Origin: Fidelibacterota bacterium | GTDB lineage: Bacteria > Fidelibacterota > Marinisomatia > Marinisomatales > UBA2128 | Direction of reading: 5' to 3' | DNA: 25,936 nt | Assembly: GCA_046861645.1 (NCBI GenBank) | Contig: JBHHUM010000029.1 | Span: 1-25,936, forward strand | Part shown: positions 8,514 through 17,542 of the stretch, piece by piece | Numbering within the stretch: the stretch's first letter is position 1 | How the letters are laid out: each line of letters begins with the position of its first letter | Translations under genes and position numbers: made by a program | The notes under the pieces: model-generated | Seen by the model: the letters and a program-made list of their open reading frames with translations, nothing else | The model's database searches: none | Told to the model about the DNA's origin: nothing

Positions 8514-9047
8514 ATGGCCCTAATCAACGAAATCTCAAAATACATCATCCCTTTCATTCTGGCATTAATTCCTCTTTACGCCATGTTGGCACGAAAAGTG
8601 AAGGTGTATGAAGTTTTTGTTGAGGGGGCCAAGGAAGGGTTCACCATCGCTGTACGGATTATCCCTTACCTGGTAGCAATATTAGTCGCCATAGGTATGT
8701 TACGAGCTTCCGGTGTCCTCGATTGGATGATCGTTGGACTTCAACCGGTATTATCATTCATAGGGTTTCCTCCTGAGAATCTTCCCCTGGCTTTTATGAG
8801 ACCCCTTTCAGGAAGCGGTTCCTTTGGTTTGCTGGCCGATCTGGTAAATTTACATGGCGCTGATTCGCTACAGGCGAAGATAGGAGCCACTATGTATGGT
8901 TCAACAGAGACTACCTTCTATGTTCTCGCTGTATACTTTGGAGCAGTGGGAGTTCGGAAGAGTCGTCACGCTGTTCTGGCCGGATTAATGGCAGATTTAG
9001 CGGGTATTGTGGGGGCTGTTTACATCTGTCGACTCTTCTTCGGATGA
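8514..9047 (+). CDS. spmB: SpmB-family membrane protein (nucleoside recognition/gate domain)
   Basis: VYEVFVEGAKEGF, IIPYLVAILVAIGMLRASG, PLAFMRPLSGSGS and GSTETTFYVLAVYFGAVGVRKSRHA motifs; 9 bp downstream of spmA. Confidence 0.93.
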   Translation: MALINEISKYIIPFILALIPLYAMLARKVKVYEVFVEGAKEGFTIAVRIIPYLVAILVAIGMLRASGVLDWMIVGLQPVLSFIGFPPENLPLAFMRPLSGSGSFGLLADLVNLHGADSLQAKIGATMYGSTETTFYVLAVYFGAVGVRKSRHAVLAGLMADLAGIVGAVYICRLFFG

Positions 9048-11911
9048 TGAGAATGGCAACTCAACTCAATAAATTAACTTTATGTAAGACTTTTCGTTTT
9101 AACATACTGCCTCGAATCACTTTTGCTAATTCCTTCCTTGCCTATCGTAGTTTACCTGGTCAAATTATTTCCTCAGGAAAAATATTGTTTTTAATCCTTT
9201 TTCTTAGTTACAACCATTTATTTGCCGGTACAACAGGGAAACTCGCTGGAAAAGTACGGGATGACTCCACCGGGGAACCACTTGTAGGGGTAAATTTAGT
9301 ACTCACAGGGACAGACATGGGAGCCGCCACTGATGAGGATGGAGCTTATTTTGTATTGCAGATTCCCCCCGGAACCTACGACTTAAGTGCCACCATGATT
9401 GGATATCAAGAAGTCATTGTTAAGAATGTTCGCATTAAGATAGACTTGACAACAAATATAGATATCAACCTTTCTCCTGGAGTAGTAGGCTTGGAGGAAA
9501 TCACTGTTATCTCTGAAAGACCTATGATACAACCTGACATCACTTACTCCCAAGCTAATGTAGGGTCGGATGAAATATCGGCTCTACCTGTAGAAGAACT
9601 TGAAGAAGTGATCTCCCTGCAAGCTGGAGTGGTCGTTGGCTCTGATGGCACCATGCACGTACGTGGTGGTCGTGGAGGAGAAATCGTTTATCTGATTGAT
9701 GGCATTTCAGTTACTGACCCCTTTACTTCGGGAATGGCTGTAGAGTTGGAGAATAACGCTATTCAGGAGTTACAGTTTATTAGCGGAACATTTAATGCGG
9801 AATATGGTCAGGCTATGTCTGGAGTAGTAAATATCGTTACCAAAGACGGAAGCTATAACCGCTATCAAAGTAATCTACAGATGAACATAGGTGATTACTG
9901 GAGTTCTGATGATAACATTTTCATGAACATTGGTAAAATTGAACCCACCAGTTTGCGAGACTGGCAGGGCAGTATCAGTGGTCCTACCCCTTTGACTGGC
10001 AAAAAGAGTTCATTTTTTGCTTCTGGTCGTTACTTCTTTGATGAAGGATACCTCTACGGACAGCGACGTTATTGGCCTGATTCCTTTATCCAGGATCCTG
10101 TTACTACTACGTGGAATCTGGTCAAAGCTGGAGATGAAAAATTTGTTCCCATGAACTGGGTTGAGCAGCTTTCGGGTCAGTTAAAAATGAGCCTTAAATT
10201 GGGAACACGCTCTAAAATATCAGCTAATATAACAGGTAGCAATACTCAGTTCCAAACTTACAATCACAAGTTCAAATACAATCCTGAAGGTGATTACCAG
10301 CGATTCCGAACTAACAGTAGTATAATAGCCAAATATGAGCAATCTCTCAGTCCGGCCACATTTTTTACACTTAACTACTCCCTGACTACCAACCGCTACC
10401 GGTATTATGTTTACGAGGACCCTCTTGATTCAACACACTATAATGTAGATCCCCGAATTTTCTCTGCTGCTTCAGGGTATAATTTCTATATTGGTGGTTT
10501 CCGGATGGGACACTATGATCGAGAATCACAGATACAAACCTATAAAGCTGATCTTTTAAGCCAGCTTACTAATCTGCATCAACTTAAGCTGGGAATCGAA
10601 TTTCGATCCAGCAGGTTTCAAGAAACCAGCTTCACAATTCTATATAACGAGGATACCGACTATATACCTCAGTTACCTAAGGAAAATTCGCCTAATTTCA
10701 ACAAACTTATCAGAACCCCTACTGAGTTCTCAGTCTACAGTCAAGATAAAATAGAATTCAAAGACCTCATCATTAATTTAGGTATCAGATGGGACTACTT
10801 TGATCCTGACTGGAAAATATTATCCGATCCTGCAGACCCCAATTATAAGCAACCTTTAAAGCCTGTCAATCAATATTTTGACGAAAATGGGGATGGGGAA
10901 ATCAATGAAGATGAAATACGCCCTGATAACATGAAAAATGATACCGACCGCTTAGGATACTGGTTCGTTACATCCTCTCCCAAATCACAGTTAAGTCCTC
11001 GTGTTGCACTGGCATTCCCTATTACTGATGCAGGAGTCATGCATTTTTCCTATGGCCACTTCTTCCAGATTCCTGCCTACCGCTATCTCTACTCCAATCC
11101 CGACTTTGAAGTAACACCTGGGTTGAGCACAACCATGGGTAATGCAGATCTCGAACCTGAAAGAACTACTCAGTATGAAGTGGGTTTTCAACAACAAATT
11201 GGATTCAATACGGTGATAGATGTAACTGCCTATTACAAAGATATCCGTAATCTTCTGGGGACGAAGATTGTGGACACTTTTATTGCTGGTGACAGATATG
11301 CACTTTATGTAAATCGCGATTATGGCAACGTAAGAGGTGTCACTATTTCATTAACCAAACGTTCCTCAGGTTTTGTGTCCGGTGCTTTGGATTATACCTA
11401 TTCTTTTGCCGAAGGAAACGCATCCGATCCGGCAGCTGCTTATTACGACGAACTCAGTGGTAACGAACCAGAAAAGCAGTTAGTTGCCTTGGACTGGGAT
11501 CAGAGACATACTTTGAATGGTACACTAACGTTACATCCTTCTCAGAGTAGTGGATTAAGCCTGGTGCTTCAGTATTGGAGTGGATTACCTTACACACCCT
11601 CCCTGGCGGGTACTCGTATTGCCTATGAAAACAGTGAACGAAAACCAGATCAGTATAATGTTGATTTGCGCAGCTTTTGGAAATTCAAGTTTATGAATAT
11701 GAACCTCTCTCTTAACCTCAGTATATATAATCTACTCGATAGACGAAATGAAGTTCTTGTTTATTCTGATACAGGCCGTGCTACCTATACTCTCATCCCC
11801 ACCTACACCCCTCAGGAACAAACTCATAACACTCTGGACGAGTACCTTGTTCGACCAGATTTCTACTCTTCTCCTCGACAAGTAAAACTAGGGCTAACTC
11901 TCTCGATATAA
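9044..11911 (+). CDS. TonB-dependent receptor with N-terminal CarboxypepD_reg-like domain (cassette 2); start codon uncertain
   Basis: LFA-GTTGKLAGKV; GAATDEDGAYFVLQIPPGTY; plug HVRGGRGGEIVYLIDG and GTFNAEYGQAMSGVVNIVTK; QDKIEF, LGIRWDYF, GNADLEPE, YNLLD. Clear paralog of 692..3421. ATGA overlap with the spmB stop. Confidence 0.94.
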   Translation: MMRMATQLNKLTLCKTFRFNILPRITFANSFLAYRSLPGQIISSGKILFLILFLSYNHLFAGTTGKLAGKVRDDSTGEPLVGVNLVLTGTDMGAATDEDGAYFVLQIPPGTYDLSATMIGYQEVIVKNVRIKIDLTTNIDINLSPGVVGLEEITVISERPMIQPDITYSQANVGSDEISALPVEELEEVISLQAGVVVGSDGTMHVRGGRGGEIVYLIDGISVTDPFTSGMAVELENNAIQELQFISGTFNAEYGQAMSGVVNIVTKDGSYNRYQSNLQMNIGDYWSSDDNIFMNIGKIEPTSLRDWQGSISGPTPLTGKKSSFFASGRYFFDEGYLYGQRRYWPDSFIQDPVTTTWNLVKAGDEKFVPMNWVEQLSGQLKMSLKLGTRSKISANITGSNTQFQTYNHKFKYNPEGDYQRFRTNSSIIAKYEQSLSPATFFTLNYSLTTNRYRYYVYEDPLDSTHYNVDPRIFSAASGYNFYIGGFRMGHYDRESQIQTYKADLLSQLTNLHQLKLGIEFRSSRFQETSFTILYNEDTDYIPQLPKENSPNFNKLIRTPTEFSVYSQDKIEFKDLIINLGIRWDYFDPDWKILSDPADPNYKQPLKPVNQYFDENGDGEINEDEIRPDNMKNDTDRLGYWFVTSSPKSQLSPRVALAFPITDAGVMHFSYGHFFQIPAYRYLYSNPDFEVTPGLSTTMGNADLEPERTTQYEVGFQQQIGFNTVIDVTAYYKDIRNLLGTKIVDTFIAGDRYALYVNRDYGNVRGVTISLTKRSSGFVSGALDYTYSFAEGNASDPAAAYYDELSGNEPEKQLVALDWDQRHTLNGTLTLHPSQSSGLSLVLQYWSGLPYTPSLAGTRIAYENSERKPDQYNVDLRSFWKFKFMNMNLSLNLSIYNLLDRRNEVLVYSDTGRATYTLIPTYTPQEQTHNTLDEYLVRPDFYSSPRQVKLGLTLSI

Positions 11912-11918
11912 GCAGAAA

Positions 11919-14900
11919 GTGAAACACACTCAATTCATAGCCATACTGCTCATCGGATTATTGACTAACCTTGAGGCGCAGAGAAGTAAAGACCAGGTAG
12001 ATGTTCAGAGGAAACCATATCAGAGATCAATGGGTCGCGAAGATAGGAAATTCAGTACACACAATGGCAATAAAATTCTCACCAGATTCTACAATTTTGG
12101 CGGTATTGGGGATTGGACCATTGCCGGGCGTTATGACTCTGGCATCTACCCTATTGGATCAGGGCGCTCTTACATCGCTGAATTCACTCCTGTTATAGGA
12201 GCCAGTGTTGTACTGGAAAGTGGAGTCAGGAGACATATCATTTCAGATGGGATGGTATCAAACAACGGAAAGGATTTGTCACCTGAGGGTTATCAGTGGG
12301 GTTTTGAACCTCTTTCGGGTTATGCCGATCCCAACCAGGAAAATATTGCCATGAATGATGATCCAGATTCCTGGCCTGAGTCGTGGCCAAATAAAACCAC
12401 TGATTGGGATGGTGTCTGGAATGGACAATATGGTAAATATGCCCGTGCCGATCAGGAATCTTACTTCGTCATGGATGATTTCTATAACGATGAGTTCCCT
12501 TTTTATCCGGATTCTACCGATTCTCTCCGGAGAGGGCTCGGCATTCAAGTAGAAGTACGAGGCTATCAATGGTCACACCCAGCAGCGGAAGATATTATCA
12601 TCTGGACCTATTGGATCACAAATGTCGGCACTTCTACCCTCGATAGCGTGATTTTCGGTATGTATGGTGATGCCGACGTAGGTGATGATGGTGATCAAGG
12701 TGATGATGACTCCTGGTTCGACCAGGAAAATTCTATAGTCTACCAGTGGGATCATGATAATTTCAGCAATGCCAAAGGCGGTTTTAAACCTGCCTACTTT
12801 GGATGGACATTCCTTGAATCACCCGGCAATCCTCATGACGGTATCGACAACGACTTTGATGGTATGGTCGATGAAAGCCAATTTGATGGCATCGACAATG
12901 ATGGCGATTGGGATCCGGATAAAGATGATATCGGTTCAGATGGTTTAGGACCCTCTCACGAGGATTATACCGGTCCAGATCTGGACGGAACAGAAGGTAA
13001 TGGGGTTCCAGATGTAGGTGAACCCAACTTCGAATTCACCGATAATGATGAATCGGATCAGATCGGTCTTACCAGTTTCTTTGCTGCCCCCTGGCCGAAT
13101 ATAACAGCTTCAGATGACGAGCAATTATGGAGCCAGTTGGTACCTGGTTTCTTCGATGTCCCAGAGCAGACTAAAGACATCACTTTTCTATACGGTTCAG
13201 GTTACTTTTCTCTCCAAGCGGGAGAGCGAAAGAAGTTCGCCATTGCCATGTTATTTGGAGAGGATCTGGATGATATTCTCAGAAATGCCCAGACCATGCA
13301 AAAGATCTATGATGCTGACTACTCCTTTGCGAAGCCTCCTCGCAAACCCGTCCTGACCGCTGTCCCAGGGAATGGCAAAGTCACTTTATACTGGGATAGA
13401 AAAGCTGAGAAATCCCGCGACCCTATTTATGGTTACGATTTTGAAGGCTATCGAATTTACCGCAGTACTGACCCTGCTTTCCTGGAACCCTGGGTGATCA
13501 CCGATGCCTATGGCCATTTAACATTTAAAAAACCTATTGTTCAATTTGACCTGGAGGATGGCTTGGAAGGTCCTCACCCGATAGCTTTCAATGGTATACA
13601 GTTTGACATGGGAGATGATGACGGCTTAAGCCACTATTGGATAGACACAACCGTTCAAAATGGACAAACCTACTATTATGCAATTACCGCCTATGACAAA
13701 GGATATGACGAAGATTTCTACGACCGAGGCTTAAGCGAATATGAAAATCTCCAACCATTAGCACCTTCGGAATGCACAATTATTGTCGATCTCGATGCCA
13801 GTGGAAATGTCATTTCTCTTGGAGAAAATGTGGTCGAAGTAGTCCCTGATGCTCCGGTGGCAGGATACATCCCCCCCAATACACCCGATGATGATCTCCA
13901 ATTCGTCAAACACGATTCTGGAGCAGCTACTGGTTCAATAATAATCAATACTGTGGACCCTGATAGCGTCCATCAAAACTGGACTTATGCTGTCGAATTT
14001 CTTATTGAAGACAATAAAACCTACTATTCCGTCAGAAATCAGGGAACCTTCATAGATACTCTTACCATAGTTGGGGGTTGGTCAAGTGTTCAGAATAAAA
14101 ATCTCGTTTCTGGAACAGTGTCAATAACCTCCCTGGATGGAACAATAGAATACGAGGAGGGAGTTCATTTTGAAGTAAACTACGAGCTTGGTATTATTTC
14201 CTGTCTCACTGGCGATTTATGTGAGGACGACTCTTTTTTGATATCCTATGAATACTATCCTCTCTATAAAAGTGATTTCTTGGATGGGGAGCCCTACAAT
14301 CCCTTTTTTGACGGTATGCAAATTCTAGCTTACGATGATCCCCTGACTTTTTTAGAGGATTCCAGCGGCTGGTACTCGGGTGATTGCGACTATATTCCTA
14401 ATATCAGTGTCTATTCAGGTGGCACCCTCTATCCAGCAGATTTCGAGCTTCGCTGGGGAGGAGGTTTAGGGGATTCTCTTTCTCAAGATGTGATGTTCGG
14501 TGTAACAGCTCCCTTTACTGTCTGGAATACAACAGAAGACCGGGAAACCCGTTATGTAATCTTGGAGAACAACGGTGATAAGCAATGGGATCCTGAGGAA
14601 ACCATAGTCCTTATACCCAAGGAAACCGGCATGGAAACCAGTTTCAAAATATCCTTTATAGTGGATTCCCTGCAAATAGATACTACTGTTATTAATGACA
14701 CAACTGAAATTTACGACACGACAATTGTACCCATTGAACATGTGGAAGCGGGTGATATCTTGAGAATTCTTACCTCCAAACCATTTACAGAAAATGATTC
14801 GTACAGTTTTATTACTACCACTTCACGTATCGATAAATCCCGAGCACGAGAGGAACTAAGCAAAATAGCAGTGGTACCTAATCCCTACATTGTTACAGCT

Positions 14901-15170
14901 TCCTGGGAACGTCAACATTTGTATGTATCAGGAAGAGGAACACGAAAGATTGATTTCATATATCTACCTCAGAAGTGCACGATAAAGATTTTTACTTTAT
15001 CGGGTTACCTGGTGGATACTATACATCACGATAGTGATCTTGAGGATGGTTCAGAATCTTGGGACATGCTTTCCAAAGATGGCCTGGAGATCGCCTATGG
15101 CATCTACATCTATCATGTGGATGCACCGGGTCTGGGAGAGAAAATCGGCAAATTTGCTATTATTAAATAA
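11919..15170 (+). CDS. Large acidic secreted protein of unknown function, paralog of 3455..6808 (cassette 2)
   Basis: GTG start, signal peptide. Shares EDRKFxTHxGNKI, ESYFVMDD, FLESPG..DGIDND, FN3-like VTLYWD/FEGYRIYRS/YYYAITAYDKG and tail IAVVPNPY...WDMLSKDG...GIYIYH...FAIIK with the cassette 1 protein. Confidence 0.85.
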   Translation: MKHTQFIAILLIGLLTNLEAQRSKDQVDVQRKPYQRSMGREDRKFSTHNGNKILTRFYNFGGIGDWTIAGRYDSGIYPIGSGRSYIAEFTPVIGASVVLESGVRRHIISDGMVSNNGKDLSPEGYQWGFEPLSGYADPNQENIAMNDDPDSWPESWPNKTTDWDGVWNGQYGKYARADQESYFVMDDFYNDEFPFYPDSTDSLRRGLGIQVEVRGYQWSHPAAEDIIIWTYWITNVGTSTLDSVIFGMYGDADVGDDGDQGDDDSWFDQENSIVYQWDHDNFSNAKGGFKPAYFGWTFLESPGNPHDGIDNDFDGMVDESQFDGIDNDGDWDPDKDDIGSDGLGPSHEDYTGPDLDGTEGNGVPDVGEPNFEFTDNDESDQIGLTSFFAAPWPNITASDDEQLWSQLVPGFFDVPEQTKDITFLYGSGYFSLQAGERKKFAIAMLFGEDLDDILRNAQTMQKIYDADYSFAKPPRKPVLTAVPGNGKVTLYWDRKAEKSRDPIYGYDFEGYRIYRSTDPAFLEPWVITDAYGHLTFKKPIVQFDLEDGLEGPHPIAFNGIQFDMGDDDGLSHYWIDTTVQNGQTYYYAITAYDKGYDEDFYDRGLSEYENLQPLAPSECTIIVDLDASGNVISLGENVVEVVPDAPVAGYIPPNTPDDDLQFVKHDSGAATGSIIINTVDPDSVHQNWTYAVEFLIEDNKTYYSVRNQGTFIDTLTIVGGWSSVQNKNLVSGTVSITSLDGTIEYEEGVHFEVNYELGIISCLTGDLCEDDSFLISYEYYPLYKSDFLDGEPYNPFFDGMQILAYDDPLTFLEDSSGWYSGDCDYIPNISVYSGGTLYPADFELRWGGGLGDSLSQDVMFGVTAPFTVWNTTEDRETRYVILENNGDKQWDPEETIVLIPKETGMETSFKISFIVDSLQIDTTVINDTTEIYDTTIVPIEHVEAGDILRILTSKPFTENDSYSFITTTSRIDKSRAREELSKIAVVPNPYIVTASWERQHLYVSGRGTRKIDFIYLPQKCTIKIFTLSGYLVDTIHHDSDLEDGSESWDMLSKDGLEIAYGIYIYHVDAPGLGEKIGKFAIIK

Positions 15171-16207
15171 TGAAAGACTCTTCGATACACAAATTTCTCC
15201 TACCCATTCTAATATTGGTCACAATGTATCCTGCCTTTAGTCAATTTACCCGGCAGGTAAGCAAAGTAGGAACTGCCGCAGCTACATTCCTCGAGATGGG
15301 AGTGGGCGCCCGTGCCCTATCTATGGGGGACGCCTTTGTGTCCATGGCGGATGATGCCACGGCCTTGTACTGGAACCCCGCTGGCATTGCCTCTGCAAAG
15401 GAAACCACAACTCATTTCTTTCATCTACCCTGGATTGCAGACATCAGTTTCAATTATGCCGCTGTGATAATACCTATTCAAAATATCGGTGTATTGGGAA
15501 TCTCAGCGACTTCCGTTACTATGAATGACATGAGGGTAAGAACCATTATCTATCCCGACGGTACCGGTGAGAAATTTGGCGCCAACGATATCGCTCTGGG
15601 AGTGAGTTACGGACGCAGGTTCACTGACAGTTTCTCTTTTGGCTTTAATGTGAAATTTATTCAACAACAAATCTACCACATGTCAGCTTCAACCATAGCT
15701 ATTGACATTGGTTCACTATTTATTACACGGAACCGAAATATTCGAATTGGAATGAATGTTTCCAATTTCGGGGAGAAGATGCATCTGGAAGGACAGGATA
15801 CTAAAATCACCTATGATATTGATGAAGAGCAAACTGGAAATAATGACCGTATTGATGCTCATCTGGATACGTGGAAATGGCCGCTGCCACTTCTGTTCAG
15901 AATAGGTGTCAGCTCGAACCTGCTCAAATCTGGTCACCAAACCCTTTCCATATCCTTTGATGCTGTCCATCCCAATGATAACGTTGAGTATGTCAACGCA
16001 GGTCTAGAATACTCCTGGCAGAATAGGGTTTTTCTACGGGCTGGTCAATCAACACTTTTCATGGAAGATGCTGAGCAAGGATGGTCCATGGGAGCTGGTA
16101 TCCAGCAGCAACTCTATAAAAACGTACAGATCAAGCTGGATTACGTTAGTCGAGATTTTGGTGTTTTCGGAATAATGTCTGGTCTTTCTCTCAGCTTAAC
16201 GTTTTAA
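15170..16207 (+). CDS. PorV/PorQ-family (UPF0164-like) outer-membrane beta-barrel (cassette 2)
   Basis: FLEMGVGARALSMGDA, ALYWNPAGIA; shares PxGTGExF, WxLPL and HPNDN with the cassette 1 barrel; C-terminal Phe; TAATG stop/start overlap. Confidence 0.9.
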   Translation: MKDSSIHKFLLPILILVTMYPAFSQFTRQVSKVGTAAATFLEMGVGARALSMGDAFVSMADDATALYWNPAGIASAKETTTHFFHLPWIADISFNYAAVIIPIQNIGVLGISATSVTMNDMRVRTIIYPDGTGEKFGANDIALGVSYGRRFTDSFSFGFNVKFIQQQIYHMSASTIAIDIGSLFITRNRNIRIGMNVSNFGEKMHLEGQDTKITYDIDEEQTGNNDRIDAHLDTWKWPLPLLFRIGVSSNLLKSGHQTLSISFDAVHPNDNVEYVNAGLEYSWQNRVFLRAGQSTLFMEDAEQGWSMGAGIQQQLYKNVQIKLDYVSRDFGVFGIMSGLSLSLTF

Positions 16208-16320
16208 AGAAAATTCTGGATACTAGTTTGGGCAATCTGAGTCTCTTTCCAAGAATAGAGTATAGCTTGTCCCCTAACCCTCCTTATTTACTGTCCCTGC
16301 TGAAATAGTTCGAGGCTTCT

Positions 16321-16349
16321 TTTATATGACAAGTTATTTGACATAAATT
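16321..16349 (+). promoter_or_regulatory. Candidate sigma70-like promoter (possibly leaderless) for the 16356 gene
   Basis: TTTATA (16321-16326) - 17 nt - TAAATT (16344-16349) - 6 nt - GTG start. The region is AT-rich, so a chance match is possible. Confidence 0.25.
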
Positions 16350-16355
16350 AGACCA

Positions 16356-17531
16356 GTGAAAAGATTCTTATTACATAACTTGCACCTGATATTATTTCTC
16401 ACTTTCGTAAATCTAACTGTTACTTTATCAGGTCAAATATCTCTACACAATCATATCCTACCTAATACACCGGAAAATGTACGATTACTAATATCACCTT
16501 CAGGAACAATAGCTGGGTATTGGACTGATGAAGAAGTCTCATTATCAAAACTAACTACGAAATTCGAGGATAAACGTGTGTTGCAGGTTTTACCTATTAC
16601 CCTGTTTGGTGATCTCCATTTCATGGTGGTCACCGTAGAACCAATTAGCAGTTACTCGCCTCGCACAATGACTATCTCATTTTTCACTTCTAAAGGAAGT
16701 GAAGTAACATCTTGGCCGATATCTATCCCTTGGGATCATGCTTTCCCGTCAGTCATCCCGATTGATGAGGGCCTTGTTCTAATTACCGATCCTGAAAGTC
16801 AGGAAGTACGTCTCATGGATCAACACGGAAACCTCAAGGCGGTAGATTTTCTCTTCCCGGATACTGATCGAGATCACGAAAAAGTCCTGGCAGCAGCACC
16901 CTCTTCCCAGAATCATGTATACTTGGGGGGAATGAAATCAGCCTCATTAGATCAATCGGACAATGTTGTGCTGTTCTCTTGGAATCTGGACGAGTCCCCC
17001 GTTAATATAATGGAACTGCCTCTTACTGTCCTGCGAGATATTACAATTTCCCATAGTGGTTTTGCTGCTGTCTCCGGAACAGTGACAACGGAGAAAGTAT
17101 TCAATCAGGAACCAAGACTCATCCTGATCTCATTGAAAAATCTAACAATCGTTAGTTATGACTTCCTTCCCAAAAAGATGCTCTGGGTTAACGATAGGCT
17201 TTTCGCAGCAGACAATCATCAGCTAATTGTCATACATCCTGAAAATAAAGAAACATTGGCAGAAATCCAGTTCGATAGAAAAGTCATTCCCTTGCAGCTT
17301 TTTACTGCCAAACCCTCTGTCCATTTGCTATATGCCGAGAGCAGCCGTTATTCAGAGGGGATAATCGAACTGGGAGACATAAATATTTTGTCCATTAACC
17401 TGCAATCGTTCTACGATTCAGTGACCTCCGTGAGCCGTGAATACCATAAAGTTGTCCAGGCATGGCCTACAGAGGATGATTTGTTTTTCCTTCAACTGGA
17501 TGGAGAACTACTGGAATACCACCCCGATTAG
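16356..17531 (+). CDS. Hypothetical exported protein (beta-rich, possibly propeller-like)
   Basis: 391-aa ORF with GTG start and signal-peptide-like N-terminus (MKRFLLHNLHLILFLTFVNLTVTLSG). It fills the gap between neighbours. No family recognised. Confidence 0.75.
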   Translation: MKRFLLHNLHLILFLTFVNLTVTLSGQISLHNHILPNTPENVRLLISPSGTIAGYWTDEEVSLSKLTTKFEDKRVLQVLPITLFGDLHFMVVTVEPISSYSPRTMTISFFTSKGSEVTSWPISIPWDHAFPSVIPIDEGLVLITDPESQEVRLMDQHGNLKAVDFLFPDTDRDHEKVLAAAPSSQNHVYLGGMKSASLDQSDNVVLFSWNLDESPVNIMELPLTVLRDITISHSGFAAVSGTVTTEKVFNQEPRLILISLKNLTIVSYDFLPKKMLWVNDRLFAADNHQLIVIHPENKETLAEIQFDRKVIPLQLFTAKPSVHLLYAESSRYSEGIIELGDINILSINLQSFYDSVTSVSREYHKVVQAWPTEDDLFFLQLDGELLEYHPD

Positions 17532-17542
17532 ATATCGATTCC

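Noticed and set aside
7914..9047. Sporulation capability implied by spmAB
   Set aside because: The context is a diderm outer-membrane/T9SS locus with no other sporulation genes, and SpmAB homologs occur in non-sporulating bacteria.
12681..12710. GGTGATGAT-like short tandem repeats
   Set aside because: Explained by the Gly/Asp-rich coding sequence (GDDGDQGDDD); not a CRISPR or VNTR.
16327..16343. TGACA direct repeat / perfect TTGACA at 16338
   Set aside because: No -10 at a 16-18 nt spacing upstream of the start codon, and a 5-bp repeat is too short to call an operator.
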